A stretch of 51,242 nt of DNA, taken from NCBI GenBank assembly GCA_030747675.1, contig JASLKH010000008.1, positions 1 through 51,242 on the forward strand, read 5' to 3'. The notes under the pieces are model-generated. The model saw only the letters and a program-made list of their open reading frames with translations. It was not told where the DNA came from and did no database searches. A program made the translations under genes and the position numbers. This document shows, piece after piece, positions 8,247 through 17,906 of the stretch; within the stretch, counting starts at the first letter, position 1; each line of letters opens with the position of its first letter. This DNA comes from Candidatus Thalassarchaeaceae archaeon. Its GTDB lineage: Archaea > Thermoplasmatota > Poseidoniia > Poseidoniales > Thalassarchaeaceae.

Positions 8247-9602
8247 TCAATCTGCATCTTCCTCTTCAGCTGCGATTGAGTTTACCCCCCCATTAGCTTG
8301 AGTCCAATTTTTTTGCCATTCTGCATCAACAGCACCACCAGACCATTCGCCTTCGATTGAAATTTCTTCGACCTCGAAATCTTCTCTCCAAACAGGTTCT
8401 CCTTTTGAACCACTGACTATCAACCGGTTGGTTTTCTTGTTCAATCCTTTTCGAATTACTCGTGCTCCTCTTGTGATAGGTAGTAGATGCCCCACTGGTG
8501 TTCCAGGTGACACAATTGGATTGTTTGCTGTACATATGAACAATCCACGTGATGGTGAAATAATATCTGCACTTTCATGGGGCCGTTGTGGATCGACAAT
8601 CCGTCCGATGATTTCACCAGCTTCTACATATGAACCACGTCCTACAAATAAATCGACCAAACCTCCTTCATCAGCTCTAACCCATGTTGAACCACTGGCC
8701 AATAGTCGGAATTTTGGTCGAGCGGGATGACCAGGAATGACATGGAGACTCCGTAAAATGTTCATGACTCCATGAATTGCAATCTGAACAGCCTCATGAT
8801 CTGCTAAATTAGCCCCTCCTCCTTCGTAAGTTAAAGATCCAATTTCTTTCCGAACTGCAGCTCTCCGCATTGATCCTTTAGGCCCCTTTGAATCGAGGAT
8901 CACTTCTATGCCAAACGCTCTTGCGATACGGTTACTTGGAGGATGTGCTAAATCAGCTCTAATTTGAGGAAGGTTATCCCTTCCACTAGCAGCAGTATGT
9001 AGGTCTAAAAGAAAATCAGAACCTTCAATGAGGTTGTTTAGAATTCTAAATGCCACTCTCCCCGTAGTAGATCCTGTTTCTGACCCAGGGAATTCTCGAT
9101 TCAAATCTCTCCCATCTGGGAAATAGCGCATTTGCCGTGCTAATCCAGGTGGATTTAGGACTGGCGCCAAGCGAATAGTTCCAGCCATTAATTCTGGATC
9201 CAGAGGTCTTCCAGGACCAGTAAATACTGTTTGTGATAGTAGACTGCACACCACTTGACCAACCATTTCATCACCATGAACGCCGCCGGTGATGGTGATT
9301 GTTGGTCCAGGCCTCCGTCCATGAATTACTGTTACGGGGCTTGGCCAGGAATCTCCTAGTTTGGTATCAAGTAAAGGTAATTCTATTTGTCGAATTGACC
9401 CTGGTTTTATCCTCCTTCCGAAAAAGCGATGCTGCTTTGCACCAGAAAGGCGATCCCATTCAGGTCTAGACGCCTCATGTTTATCCAATGCCTTTTCAAT
9501 TTCCCTCCGACGTTTTTTGGGGATTTGATTACTGACCTTCATGGTCTTCTTTTTCGACGATTTGTTTGATGCTTTTTTTGCATCATCGTCTTCTTTAGGC
9601 AT
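8247..9602 (-). CDS. Succinylglutamate desuccinylase/aspartoacylase (M14-like) family protein
   Basis: ITGGVHGDE, RDLNREFPG, LLDLHT, YEGG, biotinyl-like C-terminal module (WVRADEGGLV...GEIIGRIVDP). Lys-rich N-terminus, acidic C-terminus. Start ATG 9602. Confidence 0.88.
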   Translation of the reverse strand: MPKEDDDAKKASNKSSKKKTMKVSNQIPKKRRREIEKALDKHEASRPEWDRLSGAKQHRFFGRRIKPGSIRQIELPLLDTKLGDSWPSPVTVIHGRRPGPTITITGGVHGDEMVGQVVCSLLSQTVFTGPGRPLDPELMAGTIRLAPVLNPPGLARQMRYFPDGRDLNREFPGSETGSTTGRVAFRILNNLIEGSDFLLDLHTAASGRDNLPQIRADLAHPPSNRIARAFGIEVILDSKGPKGSMRRAAVRKEIGSLTYEGGGANLADHEAVQIAIHGVMNILRSLHVIPGHPARPKFRLLASGSTWVRADEGGLVDLFVGRGSYVEAGEIIGRIVDPQRPHESADIISPSRGLFICTANNPIVSPGTPVGHLLPITRGARVIRKGLNKKTNRLIVSGSKGEPVWREDFEVEEISIEGEWSGGAVDAEWQKNWTQANGGVNSIAAEEEDAD

Positions 9603-9698
9603 AGTACCATCCTGTCCACCAAGGCGGATATTTGAGTGAGTGATACCCACCCTTTCAATGAACCCCTTGAAAACTATCCACGACTTTGGTTTGAGTAC

Positions 9699-9715
9699 CC
9701 GGCCCATAGGGCCGG
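9699..9715. promoter_or_regulatory. Inverted repeat CCGGCCC-ATA-GGGCCGG in a divergent promoter region
   Basis: 7-bp perfect stem between the refined starts 9602(-) and 9755(+). Confidence 0.5.
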
Positions 9716-9754
9716 ACATGAATGCTAATGGTGGTCATTGCTCTCGAGGGAACA

Positions 9755-10231
9755 ATGACAGAACCAATCAAACTCAGTGTGCAAGAGATTCATGCTCCTC
9801 GCAGCATCTGTTTTGGTTGTGGCCCTGCAAATGATGAAGGTCTTAGAATTCGTTCATTCCCCATAGAAAACGGTCTTGAGATGGAATTCGAAACATTAGG
9901 CTCTCATCAAGCGTTCCCTGGAATGATTAATGGTGGAATTATCGGGACATTACTAGATTGTCATGGTAATTGGACTGCTGCTATGGCAATTATGAATCAG
10001 AGGGAAGATTCTCATCCACCGTGTACTGTTACTGCAAAATATTCCGTCAAACTTCGTAGACCTACGCCTTATGGAGTGACTCTAAGAGTTACCAGTCAGG
10101 TTGAATCATTAGATGAAAATAGGGCAAATATTTCAATGAAATTGTTTGCAGAAGATGAATTATGTGCAACAGGTGATGGTTTATTTGTTGCAGTAAAAGA
10201 GGGCCATCCAGCATGGCATCGGTGGCATTAA
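9755..10231 (+). CDS. PaaI-family hotdog thioesterase
   Basis: CFGCGPANDEGL, HQAFPGMINGGIIGTLLDC, TVTAKYSVKLRRPTP. Start ATG 9755. Confidence 0.88.
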   Translation: MTEPIKLSVQEIHAPRSICFGCGPANDEGLRIRSFPIENGLEMEFETLGSHQAFPGMINGGIIGTLLDCHGNWTAAMAIMNQREDSHPPCTVTAKYSVKLRRPTPYGVTLRVTSQVESLDENRANISMKLFAEDELCATGDGLFVAVKEGHPAWHRWH

Positions 10232-10270
10232 GAATTAATTTTTCATAGCATTAGAGACAGGGATGGAGTC

Positions 10271-10792
10271 ATGGAATCACTGGAAGAAATGGCAAAAAAA
10301 GTCATGATAAAGATGCACACGATCCCACAATTAGCAGGATTGTCGATTGGCCAACTTGAGACGATACCTCTTGGCTATTTGAGAAAGAATGCCACTCGCC
10401 TTCATGCTGTCTGTAGGTACAAGCGCGGTGTCCGTAAAAAGAACGTGACAGGACCAAGTGACGTAAATCGCGTTGACGTCCATCCGGACGCAATGTCTGA
10501 GAAATGGTCACGATATGCATCATTTCTGCTTTACCATGAATTCTTACACGCTTTAGGGTTTACAAGTCATAATCAAGAATTCCGAAAATTGGAAGCACTT
10601 TGGCCTGATACCGAATCTCAATCAATGGGAAAGACGTTTGGAAAATATCTTCAAGATAAATCAATCAAATGGCATTGGCAATGTCCATCGTGCGAGTTGA
10701 AACATTCTCGTACAAGAAAATCAAATGGCCGTTACCGTTGCAGAAATTGCCGGATTGTGTTAGTCGATATTCCCGTAAAAAAGGGAGAATGA
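10271..10792 (+). CDS. SprT-like zinc metalloprotease with C-terminal zinc ribbon
   Basis: HEFLH...HNQEF zinc motif; CPSC...RYRCRNC ribbon. Confidence 0.8.
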   Translation: MESLEEMAKKVMIKMHTIPQLAGLSIGQLETIPLGYLRKNATRLHAVCRYKRGVRKKNVTGPSDVNRVDVHPDAMSEKWSRYASFLLYHEFLHALGFTSHNQEFRKLEALWPDTESQSMGKTFGKYLQDKSIKWHWQCPSCELKHSRTRKSNGRYRCRNCRIVLVDIPVKKGE

Positions 10793-10794
10793 AA

Positions 10795-11502
10795 TCATTC
10801 TTCTTCAAGATTGATGTCCTCATAGGGCCCATCATCTGCAGGAATTTGGCCTAACAATTCATCGAGCATTGCTCGTTCTTCTTCGTCCAATTCATGATCC
10901 CGAAGAGCATCGACAATTCGTTGCAATTCTTCTTCATTAAGACCAAGTGGGCGCGCGGCTCCTACAATTAAATCCAATTCAGCTTCACTAACATGGTCAT
11001 CTTCTAATGCAGATTGTATGGCAGCGCGTGTAGCCATTCTTGCTGCAGATCTTTCAGGAATTTGCAAAACGCGTGCGATTGCAGTTAGTTCAGTAACTTC
11101 CTCTTCTGTGAGAATACCATCTGAATAAGCTATTTGGTATGCTTCATACAAAAGTTGTTGGTATTGATCAGGATGTAGTAGCACATCTCGAATTAGTGCA
11201 TAATCGATTACATCAGAATCTCCATCAGCCATATCTAGCCGAACAATCGAGGATCGAACTTCCTTGAGTAGCATATCTTTTATTCCGTGACCCAAAAGTA
11301 TGATTCCAAGAGCAGTAACTGCAGCCCCAAGCCATTGCATAATCGACGCATCAAATAATCCACCTGGATTGAATAATTGGTGCAATCCCATGGTAATCAT
11401 GGCTGCGCCAAGAGCCACTTCAAACCAATCATTAATGTCAGGTTCATCATCAAATAGAGACAGTCGCGAGGTCACCTCTGAGTCTATGTCATTACTTGCC
11501 AT
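10795..11502 (-). CDS. Two-TM protein with acidic TerB-like helical repeats
   Basis: Two N-terminal hydrophobic helices; AYSDGILTEEEVTELTAIARVLQI and ALEDDHVSEAELDLI resemble TerB-family motifs. Confidence 0.6.
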   Translation of the reverse strand: MASNDIDSEVTSRLSLFDDEPDINDWFEVALGAAMITMGLHQLFNPGGLFDASIMQWLGAAVTALGIILLGHGIKDMLLKEVRSSIVRLDMADGDSDVIDYALIRDVLLHPDQYQQLLYEAYQIAYSDGILTEEEVTELTAIARVLQIPERSAARMATRAAIQSALEDDHVSEAELDLIVGAARPLGLNEEELQRIVDALRDHELDEEERAMLDELLGQIPADDGPYEDINLEEE

Positions 11503-11589
11503 CAGACCCTCTTGATTGTTGGGAGCACTTTACACTATCCGAGAGAGCAGACCCCTATCCTTTTGGGCGTTGAACAATGCAGAGGAGCC

Positions 11590-14157
11590 ATGGGCGGGAG
11601 GAAACATGCATCTGCCGTTCGTGACATTGCCCTCCCAGAAGGTGTAGTTTCCCTACTTACTGAGACATGGGGTATCGAAAACCTGCACCCGCCACAAGTA
11701 GCAGCGATACCATCTGCATTATCTGGTAATAATTTACTCTTGGCAATTCCTACTGCAAGTGGTAAGTCACTGATTGCATATCTCGCAATTTTTGAAAAAT
11801 TGCTACGAACATCACCCGGGAGTCGTGCATTCTATCTCGTGCCATTGAAAGCTTTAGCATCAGAAAAGGTCGCTGAATTACGCGAAGCAGGTGACAAACT
11901 TGGATTGAAAGTAGGAATGGCAGTAGGTGATCGTGCAGGCGAGGTAGTTTCACTGGACGAGGCCGATATCATAGTAGCAACTAGTGAAAAATTTGATTCA
12001 TTACTGAGAAACAGAGATAATTTCCTAGAGAAAGTTAGCATTGTAGTTGCTGACGAAGTGCATTTGATTCATGATGTTGGCCGAGGACCCACAATGGAGA
12101 TTAATTTGGCCAGAGTTCGGGTTGAGAAACCTGAAGCACAAATCATTGCGCTTTCTGCAACAGTAGGAAATGCTCAGGAATTGGCAGATTGGCTCAATGC
12201 AGAATTAATTATCTCTGATTGGCGACCAATTGTGTTGCGCTATGGAACCATTCATGATGGATTAGTGGAACCTCGTAAGCAAGTTGGACCTACTGGTGGC
12301 ATTCTGAACCTCCCTCCTCCTTTTGAACTTCAATCATATGGTGAAGAAATGCGAAATGTATTGTATTCAACTATTGAAGATGGAGGTCAACTTCTCGTTT
12401 TCCGGGGTACAAGAAGAAATGCTGAAAGTAGTGCGACAAAACTTGGTGTTTGGTTAAGGAAAAAAATGGAATCATGGGTAAAAGATTCAGAGGCGGGACC
12501 GGGAAACTTCGACGCTGAGTCCCGATTAAATGAACTTGCAGAGATTGCCGATAAGTTGGATGGAAGTGAAGAAAGCACCATGATGTCAGAAAAATTAGTC
12601 TCTGCACTCAGGGGTGGCGTGGCGTTTCATCATGCAGGATTAACAGGAACTCAAAGGAGAATTATTGAGGCTGCTTTTCGCAAGAGAATAATATTTGCAA
12701 TTTGTGCGACCCCGACTTTGGCAGCAGGAGTAAACTTACCAGCCCGTCGGGTATTAATTCGTGACTTGAGTCGATGGCAGGATGGTTTGAATCAAATGCT
12801 CCCTCGAATGGAAGTACACCAAATGCTTGGTCGGGCCGGCCGTCCTAAATATGATCAAACTGGAGATGCGTGGTTATTAGCTCGTTCAATAGAACATGCT
12901 GACGAAATTTCAGAGCGATACTTTGAGGAAGACCCTGAAGACATCGAGTCAAAGCTTGCGACTGAACCAGCAATGCGTATGCACATCCTCTCTGCAATTG
13001 CAACCGGTGGACAAAAGAACAGAAATTCCATAGGTCGTTTTTTTGGTCATACATTTTTAGCGACAAAAATGGAAACAGAACTTTTGGAAAGTAGAATTGA
13101 TGAAATTATTCATTGGCTTACTGAAAATGGATTTATAGAAAGGAAAGGAGTAGATGAGAATCTTGCTGAATCTCTGCGACAATCATTGAAGAATCGGACA
13201 AGTGAATCATTAGAAGATTGGGATGATGATATGCCTGCTTGGGCACAGAGTGCGAGTGAATACGAGGGAGTTGAAATCATTGAAGGTAGTCAGGACGGAG
13301 GTAAGGTGAAGCGTCCCAAAAGACCTGCGATGATTGGATTTCAACGTGCCGATTCAATTGCGAAATCCGAGTCCGAAAACTCTGCACCTGACTCTCTTGC
13401 AATGACATATCAGGCGACTTCATTTGGTGAAAGAGTTAGCCGTTTGTATCTAGATCCATTATCTGGATTAATATTACGAGATGGATTGCGAAGAGCTCGG
13501 AAAGTGCTAAGCGGAATTATTGATGATCGTTCGATTTCGCCTTGGACATTATTACATTTGGTTGCTTGTACACCTGATTTCATACCCTTGTGGCCTCGAG
13601 GAAAGCAATTTGAAATGCTCGAACAGAAAGTTGCAGCAATGTCAGACCAGGTATTGTTTGAAACCTATGAGTTGAACTCATTTGGATATGTGCAAGAAGC
13701 AGTAACAACTGCAAAGACTACTTGGTCTTTGGAAAGTTGGATTGAGGAGCAATCACTTCGGAATATCGAATCTTCATTAGGAGTTGCACCAGGTGACTTA
13801 CGGATTAGAGTTGATCATGCTACTTGGTTACTCCGTGCGGCTAAGGAAATTTGTCGTTTTGATAGAAAAAACGATCAATTAGACCAAGCAACTCTTGATT
13901 TGATAGACTGCCTTGAAGTTATCCAGAAACGCGTCGAGAATGGCTGTAAGGAAGACCTACTTGCTCTAATATCAATCCGAGGAGTAGGACGTGTACGTGC
14001 AAGGACACTAGCAGATCATGGTTACAGAACTCCATTAGAAATTTGTTCAATCACCAAACGCTCTCAGCAAAAATTAGCAGACGAGCGTGGTTGGAGCCCA
14101 CAACTGGTTCGGTCAATTATAGCAGCAGCAGATAGAGCCATCCAGGTACGTCGCTAA
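11590..14157 (+). CDS. hel308: SF2 helicase Hel308 (Hjm)
   Basis: LHPPQ, AIPTASGKS, VADEVH, ALSAT, VAFHHAGL, TPTLAAGVNLPA, QMLGRAGRP, C-terminal IRGVGRVRAR. GAGGAG SD precedes ATG 11590. Confidence 0.95.
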   Translation: MGGRKHASAVRDIALPEGVVSLLTETWGIENLHPPQVAAIPSALSGNNLLLAIPTASGKSLIAYLAIFEKLLRTSPGSRAFYLVPLKALASEKVAELREAGDKLGLKVGMAVGDRAGEVVSLDEADIIVATSEKFDSLLRNRDNFLEKVSIVVADEVHLIHDVGRGPTMEINLARVRVEKPEAQIIALSATVGNAQELADWLNAELIISDWRPIVLRYGTIHDGLVEPRKQVGPTGGILNLPPPFELQSYGEEMRNVLYSTIEDGGQLLVFRGTRRNAESSATKLGVWLRKKMESWVKDSEAGPGNFDAESRLNELAEIADKLDGSEESTMMSEKLVSALRGGVAFHHAGLTGTQRRIIEAAFRKRIIFAICATPTLAAGVNLPARRVLIRDLSRWQDGLNQMLPRMEVHQMLGRAGRPKYDQTGDAWLLARSIEHADEISERYFEEDPEDIESKLATEPAMRMHILSAIATGGQKNRNSIGRFFGHTFLATKMETELLESRIDEIIHWLTENGFIERKGVDENLAESLRQSLKNRTSESLEDWDDDMPAWAQSASEYEGVEIIEGSQDGGKVKRPKRPAMIGFQRADSIAKSESENSAPDSLAMTYQATSFGERVSRLYLDPLSGLILRDGLRRARKVLSGIIDDRSISPWTLLHLVACTPDFIPLWPRGKQFEMLEQKVAAMSDQVLFETYELNSFGYVQEAVTTAKTTWSLESWIEEQSLRNIESSLGVAPGDLRIRVDHATWLLRAAKEICRFDRKNDQLDQATLDLIDCLEVIQKRVENGCKEDLLALISIRGVGRVRARTLADHGYRTPLEICSITKRSQQKLADERGWSPQLVRSIIAAADRAIQVRR

Positions 14158-14195
14158 TACGACTCTTTGATGAGGGAGCATCCTTTCCGTTAATT

Positions 14196-14759
14196 GTGAA
14201 CACACTTGCCTATCCATGTTGGGGCTTAACTTTTGCAAGTCCCATTTCTGATGTTCGTGGCTTAGCCACCACCCTTTTGGACTGGAGAAAAGGGGAAGAT
14301 TGGTTGCTTGTTGGGGGTCACTCTGCGATTAGTGACCTTCAGTTATGGACAGCATGGATGGGCGTTGCTTCAAGAAGTAATAATGACATTATGCGCAGTC
14401 ATAGTCTTGATGCGGAATTCATTCGCTTAATTGCAGGAACACATCAAATACGCATAGGATTCGAACGTGCTGGATTACAAGAAGGAGACACAAAGGCTTG
14501 GCTCATACACATTCCATCATTTACTGGATTCAGTGGAGAAAATTTGATCTGGCCAGAATTTCATATGTCGGAATTAGATATTGAGGCTGAACGTCTAATG
14601 CGTGTTCTTGATGCTAAATTATTGACACAAAGGCCTACGCCCAACTCAGATACTGTGAGTCGACTATCCCTTGAATTGGGGTATAACGAAGATGTGGGTG
14701 ATTTTCTTGCTATTGAACGAGCGTCATTGGCGCACATTGCCCTCGCGGATTTGAACTGA
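14196..14759 (+). CDS. cgi121: KEOPS complex subunit Cgi121
   Basis: SLDAEFIRLIAGTHQIRIGFERAG matches the Cgi121 signature; lies directly downstream of hel308, a known euryarchaeal pairing. GTG start. Confidence 0.7.
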   Translation: MNTLAYPCWGLTFASPISDVRGLATTLLDWRKGEDWLLVGGHSAISDLQLWTAWMGVASRSNNDIMRSHSLDAEFIRLIAGTHQIRIGFERAGLQEGDTKAWLIHIPSFTGFSGENLIWPEFHMSELDIEAERLMRVLDAKLLTQRPTPNSDTVSRLSLELGYNEDVGDFLAIERASLAHIALADLN

Positions 14760-14805
14760 TTAATCTTCGCAATGCTTGATGTATTGCCGCGGTGCAGATG
14801 GTTTC

Positions 14806-16491
14806 ATGGGCGAAGACTTTGCGAACTTAGATGCCACCCAATGGTCACAATTAGAACCTCTATATCAGGAATTTTTGAATCGTGAAATTAATTCTCCTAA
14901 AGACCTTGAAGAATGGCTCCTTGAACTGGGAAGATTCGATGCATATGTCGGAGAAACTGGTTCAATGCTCTATGTCAACATGACGTGTGATACAGAAGAT
15001 GAAGAAGTCAAGAACTCCTATTTCGATTTTGTAGAAAATGTTGAGCCTGAGTTAGCAAAGATCGGTGATTTACTGAATCGGAAATTAGCCGAATCCCCTT
15101 ATGCGGATGGCCTTGATGCTCAAGAATACAAGGTTTTGTTACGGGATACTCGCATGGATTTAGCTCTATTCAGAAAAGAGAATATTCCACTTGGAACTGA
15201 ACTTACAAAGTTGGGAGTGCGGTATAAGGAAATTACTGCTGCAATGACTGTTGAATTTGATGGTGAAGAACGAACAATGCAACAAATGGGAAAATATCTC
15301 CAAGTCAGTGAACGTGATGTCAGAGAAGCAGCCTACAAGTGTGTAGGTGAAAGACGCTTTGAAGATGCAAATGAAATCGATCAAATATACGAAAAAATGA
15401 TTGCTTTACGTCACCAAGTTTCTCAAAATGCAGGCTATGAAAATTATAGAGATTACATCTTTGACGCTAAACATCGATTTGACTACTCCCCAGTTGACTG
15501 CGAAACGTTTCATGATGCAGTAGAAACTATTTGTGTCCCTTTAATGAGGGATATTGATGAGACGCGCCGAAAAAATTTGGCCCTTGAAGCGCTACGAATG
15601 TGGGACCTGAGTCATGACGTGCATGGTAGAGATCCATTGAAACCTTTCACTGAAGTTGAAGAGATGGTTGCAGGGACCAGTCGAATGTTCCACAAATTAT
15701 CCCCAAAATTGGGAATATTTTTTGACAGTTTGAGAGATGGAAAAAGCCTCGACTTGGATAGTCGTAAAGGAAAAGCCCCAGGAGGATATCAATTACAACG
15801 AGATCATAGTCGTAAGCCCTTCATTTTCATGAATGCAACTGGATTGCAACGAGATCTTGAGACAATGGTTCACGAAGCAGGTCATGCTTTCCATTCAATT
15901 TACGCAGATGATTTAGCTCTTGTCGATTATCGAAGCGCACCACTTGAATTCTGTGAAGTTGCAGCAATGTCTATGGAGATGTTAACATATGATTTCCTTG
16001 GTGAATTTTACTCAAATGAAGATGCAAATCGGGCAATTCGTGAACACTTAGAAGGGATAGTATCCATCTTGGGGTGGATAGCCACTATTGATGCATTTCA
16101 ACACTGGATTTACACAAACCCTGACCATTCGAGGGAGGAAAGACATGCAAAGTGGCTAGAATTGGGTGAACGATTTGGGTCAGTATTGGATTGGTCAGGT
16201 TTTGAGGATTGGAGAAAAGTTGGCTGGCAAAAGCAACTTCACTTATTTTCATATCCATTTTACTACATCGAATATGGAATAGCACAACTTGGTGCCCTGC
16301 AGATGTGGTTACAATATCGATCTAATTCTGAAGATGCTTTGGAGAATTATGCTAAGTCAATGCGCTTGGGTGGTTCTCGTCCATTACCTGAACTTTTTGA
16401 GGCAGCTGGTATGAACTTTGATTTTGGACGAAAAACAGTCGCAGGATTAATCGATGCAGTTCGTGAAGAACTGGCAGTATTACCAGAATAA
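14806..16491 (+). CDS. M3-family oligoendopeptidase (PepF-like)
   Basis: HEAGHAFH, EFCEVAAMSME, HLFSYPFYYIEY, RKGKAPGGY. Start ATG 14806. Confidence 0.93.
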   Translation: MGEDFANLDATQWSQLEPLYQEFLNREINSPKDLEEWLLELGRFDAYVGETGSMLYVNMTCDTEDEEVKNSYFDFVENVEPELAKIGDLLNRKLAESPYADGLDAQEYKVLLRDTRMDLALFRKENIPLGTELTKLGVRYKEITAAMTVEFDGEERTMQQMGKYLQVSERDVREAAYKCVGERRFEDANEIDQIYEKMIALRHQVSQNAGYENYRDYIFDAKHRFDYSPVDCETFHDAVETICVPLMRDIDETRRKNLALEALRMWDLSHDVHGRDPLKPFTEVEEMVAGTSRMFHKLSPKLGIFFDSLRDGKSLDLDSRKGKAPGGYQLQRDHSRKPFIFMNATGLQRDLETMVHEAGHAFHSIYADDLALVDYRSAPLEFCEVAAMSMEMLTYDFLGEFYSNEDANRAIREHLEGIVSILGWIATIDAFQHWIYTNPDHSREERHAKWLELGERFGSVLDWSGFEDWRKVGWQKQLHLFSYPFYYIEYGIAQLGALQMWLQYRSNSEDALENYAKSMRLGGSRPLPELFEAAGMNFDFGRKTVAGLIDAVREELAVLPE

Positions 16492-16560
16492 GCGGCCACG
16501 GCGTCGTTTGGGATGGGATGGACACAGAACAGTGCCACGGCGCCGCGACCGAATTTTGAA

Positions 16561-17586
16561 TCAATCTCGCAAACCATCAGCTGTGACAAAGAATTTCGCT
16601 TCGCCTTCTGGAAGGTTTGGTGAATCAACAAGTCTAGCAATTCGGGAACCGGCCTTTGACTTTTTGAGATATATTCTAAACGTCGAAGCGTGCCCAACAA
16701 TGTGGCCACCAATTGGCTTTGTAGGATCCCCCCACATTGCATCGGGTTTCGACATAACTTGGTTACTAACAAGTACAAGTGCGTTGTTAATATCTGCTAA
16801 TTTTTTCAATTCTTTCATGTGGCGACCTAATTTCTGTTGGCGTTCAGCAAGCATCCCTCTTCCTAGGAATTCAGCTCTGAAGTGACTTGTGAGTGAATCG
16901 ACGATGATGAGTTTAACATCCATATTTTTCGCCATTCTTTGAATTTCATCTACCAATAACATTTGGTGGGCTGAATTGTATGCGCGTGCGACATGAATTC
17001 TTTCCAAAACGACTTCAGGATCTAGTCCAATCCCGCGCGCCATTTGAGAAATTCTTTCAGGGCGAAATGTATCTTCTGTATCAATGTAGAATACTTCTCC
17101 ATCTAGTCCACCTTGTTCGAGGGGTAGGATACAATTGACAGCTAGTTGGTGACCAACTTGTGTCTTACCACTACCAAATTCACCATATACTTCACAGATT
17201 GATTGTGTTTCAAAACCACCGCCAAGTAAATCGTCAATAGCCGTCGACCCACTAGTTAGTTTCTGTACTTGTCGCCTACGTTCAAGTAACGAATTTCCAG
17301 AGATAAATCCGCCAATATTAGCTTGTTTCTTTGCTGCCGAGATTATTTTCGCTGAAACTGCCTCTCCAAGTTCTGCTGCATCAGCTAGCGCCTTTGGTGT
17401 CATTACGGCAATAGCCAATAGTTCGTTGAATCCCGCTTCGCGTAATTTCTCTGCAGTTGCAGGACCCACTCCTGGAAGATCTTCCACGGTAGGTTCGGTT
17501 TTTTCATCTTCAGCGTCGATCATGAGCACCTCTTCACCTTCTTCATCAATGGTCTCGGTACTTGTTGTCTTCTTTCTGCTTGTCAT
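16561..17586 (-). CDS. radA: DNA repair and recombination protein RadA
   Basis: HhH N-domain ([15 protein letters not shown]), [40 protein letters not shown]; acidic N-terminal extension; no intein. Confidence 0.97.
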   Translation of the reverse strand: MTSRKKTTSTETIDEEGEEVLMIDAEDEKTEPTVEDLPGVGPATAEKLREAGFNELLAIAVMTPKALADAAELGEAVSAKIISAAKKQANIGGFISGNSLLERRRQVQKLTSGSTAIDDLLGGGFETQSICEVYGEFGSGKTQVGHQLAVNCILPLEQGGLDGEVFYIDTEDTFRPERISQMARGIGLDPEVVLERIHVARAYNSAHQMLLVDEIQRMAKNMDVKLIIVDSLTSHFRAEFLGRGMLAERQQKLGRHMKELKKLADINNALVLVSNQVMSKPDAMWGDPTKPIGGHIVGHASTFRIYLKKSKAGSRIARLVDSPNLPEGEAKFFVTADGLRD

Positions 17587-17703
17587 CTTTTCACATCCTT
17601 GTTGACAATGCTAACATGCAGCCCTATATGAATGAACGATGGACCCATATTTTTGAATCCGGCTTCTAGCAGTGGATCAATTGGTTTACAGTATAACGTT
17701 TAT

Positions 17704-17735
17704 TCACTTTCAGAACACATTCATCACTTTCAGAA
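17704..17735. promoter_or_regulatory. Direct repeat TCACTTTCAGAA x2 (20-bp period) between the tRNA 3' end and radA
   Basis: Exact 12-mers at 17704-17715 and 17724-17735. Confidence 0.5.
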
Positions 17736-17746
17736 ATCGTAGATGA

Positions 17747-17824
17747 TGGTAGCGGGTGATCGATTTGAACGATCGGTCTCCGGGTTATGAGCCCGACGAG
17801 ATAACCTGGCTACTCCAACCCGCT
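17747..17824 (-). tRNA. Initiator tRNA-Met (CAT), CCA genomically encoded
   Basis: AGCGGGTTGGAGTAGCCAGGTTATCTCGTCGGGCTCATAACCCGGAGACCGATCGTTCAAATCGATCACCCGCTACCA: A1-U72 pair, three consecutive G-C pairs at the anticodon stem base, TTCAAAT T-loop. Confidence 0.97.
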
Positions 17825-17906
17825 ATTCCTCGCCACCATCAACCCCTATTTGAAGGCCACCGCGGTCACGGAAGGCTCTTTGGGCCGACTCAATACCGAC
17901 CATAGG

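Noticed and set aside
13147-13404. Intein in Hel308
   Set aside because: No N-terminal Cys/Ser block, no terminal His-Asn, no endonuclease motifs; it is not in a conserved catalytic motif.
16495-16542. GCCACGGCG direct repeat in the GC-rich gap between pepF and radA
   Set aside because: Only 9 bp twice, no convincing fold and no other copy noticed in the window; insufficient to call an sRNA or repeat element.
17710-17733. Box C/D sRNA on the minus strand (CTGA-aa-GTGATGA-7nt-CTGA)
   Set aside because: No upstream C box, and the guide would be only 7 nt; better explained as the direct repeat.
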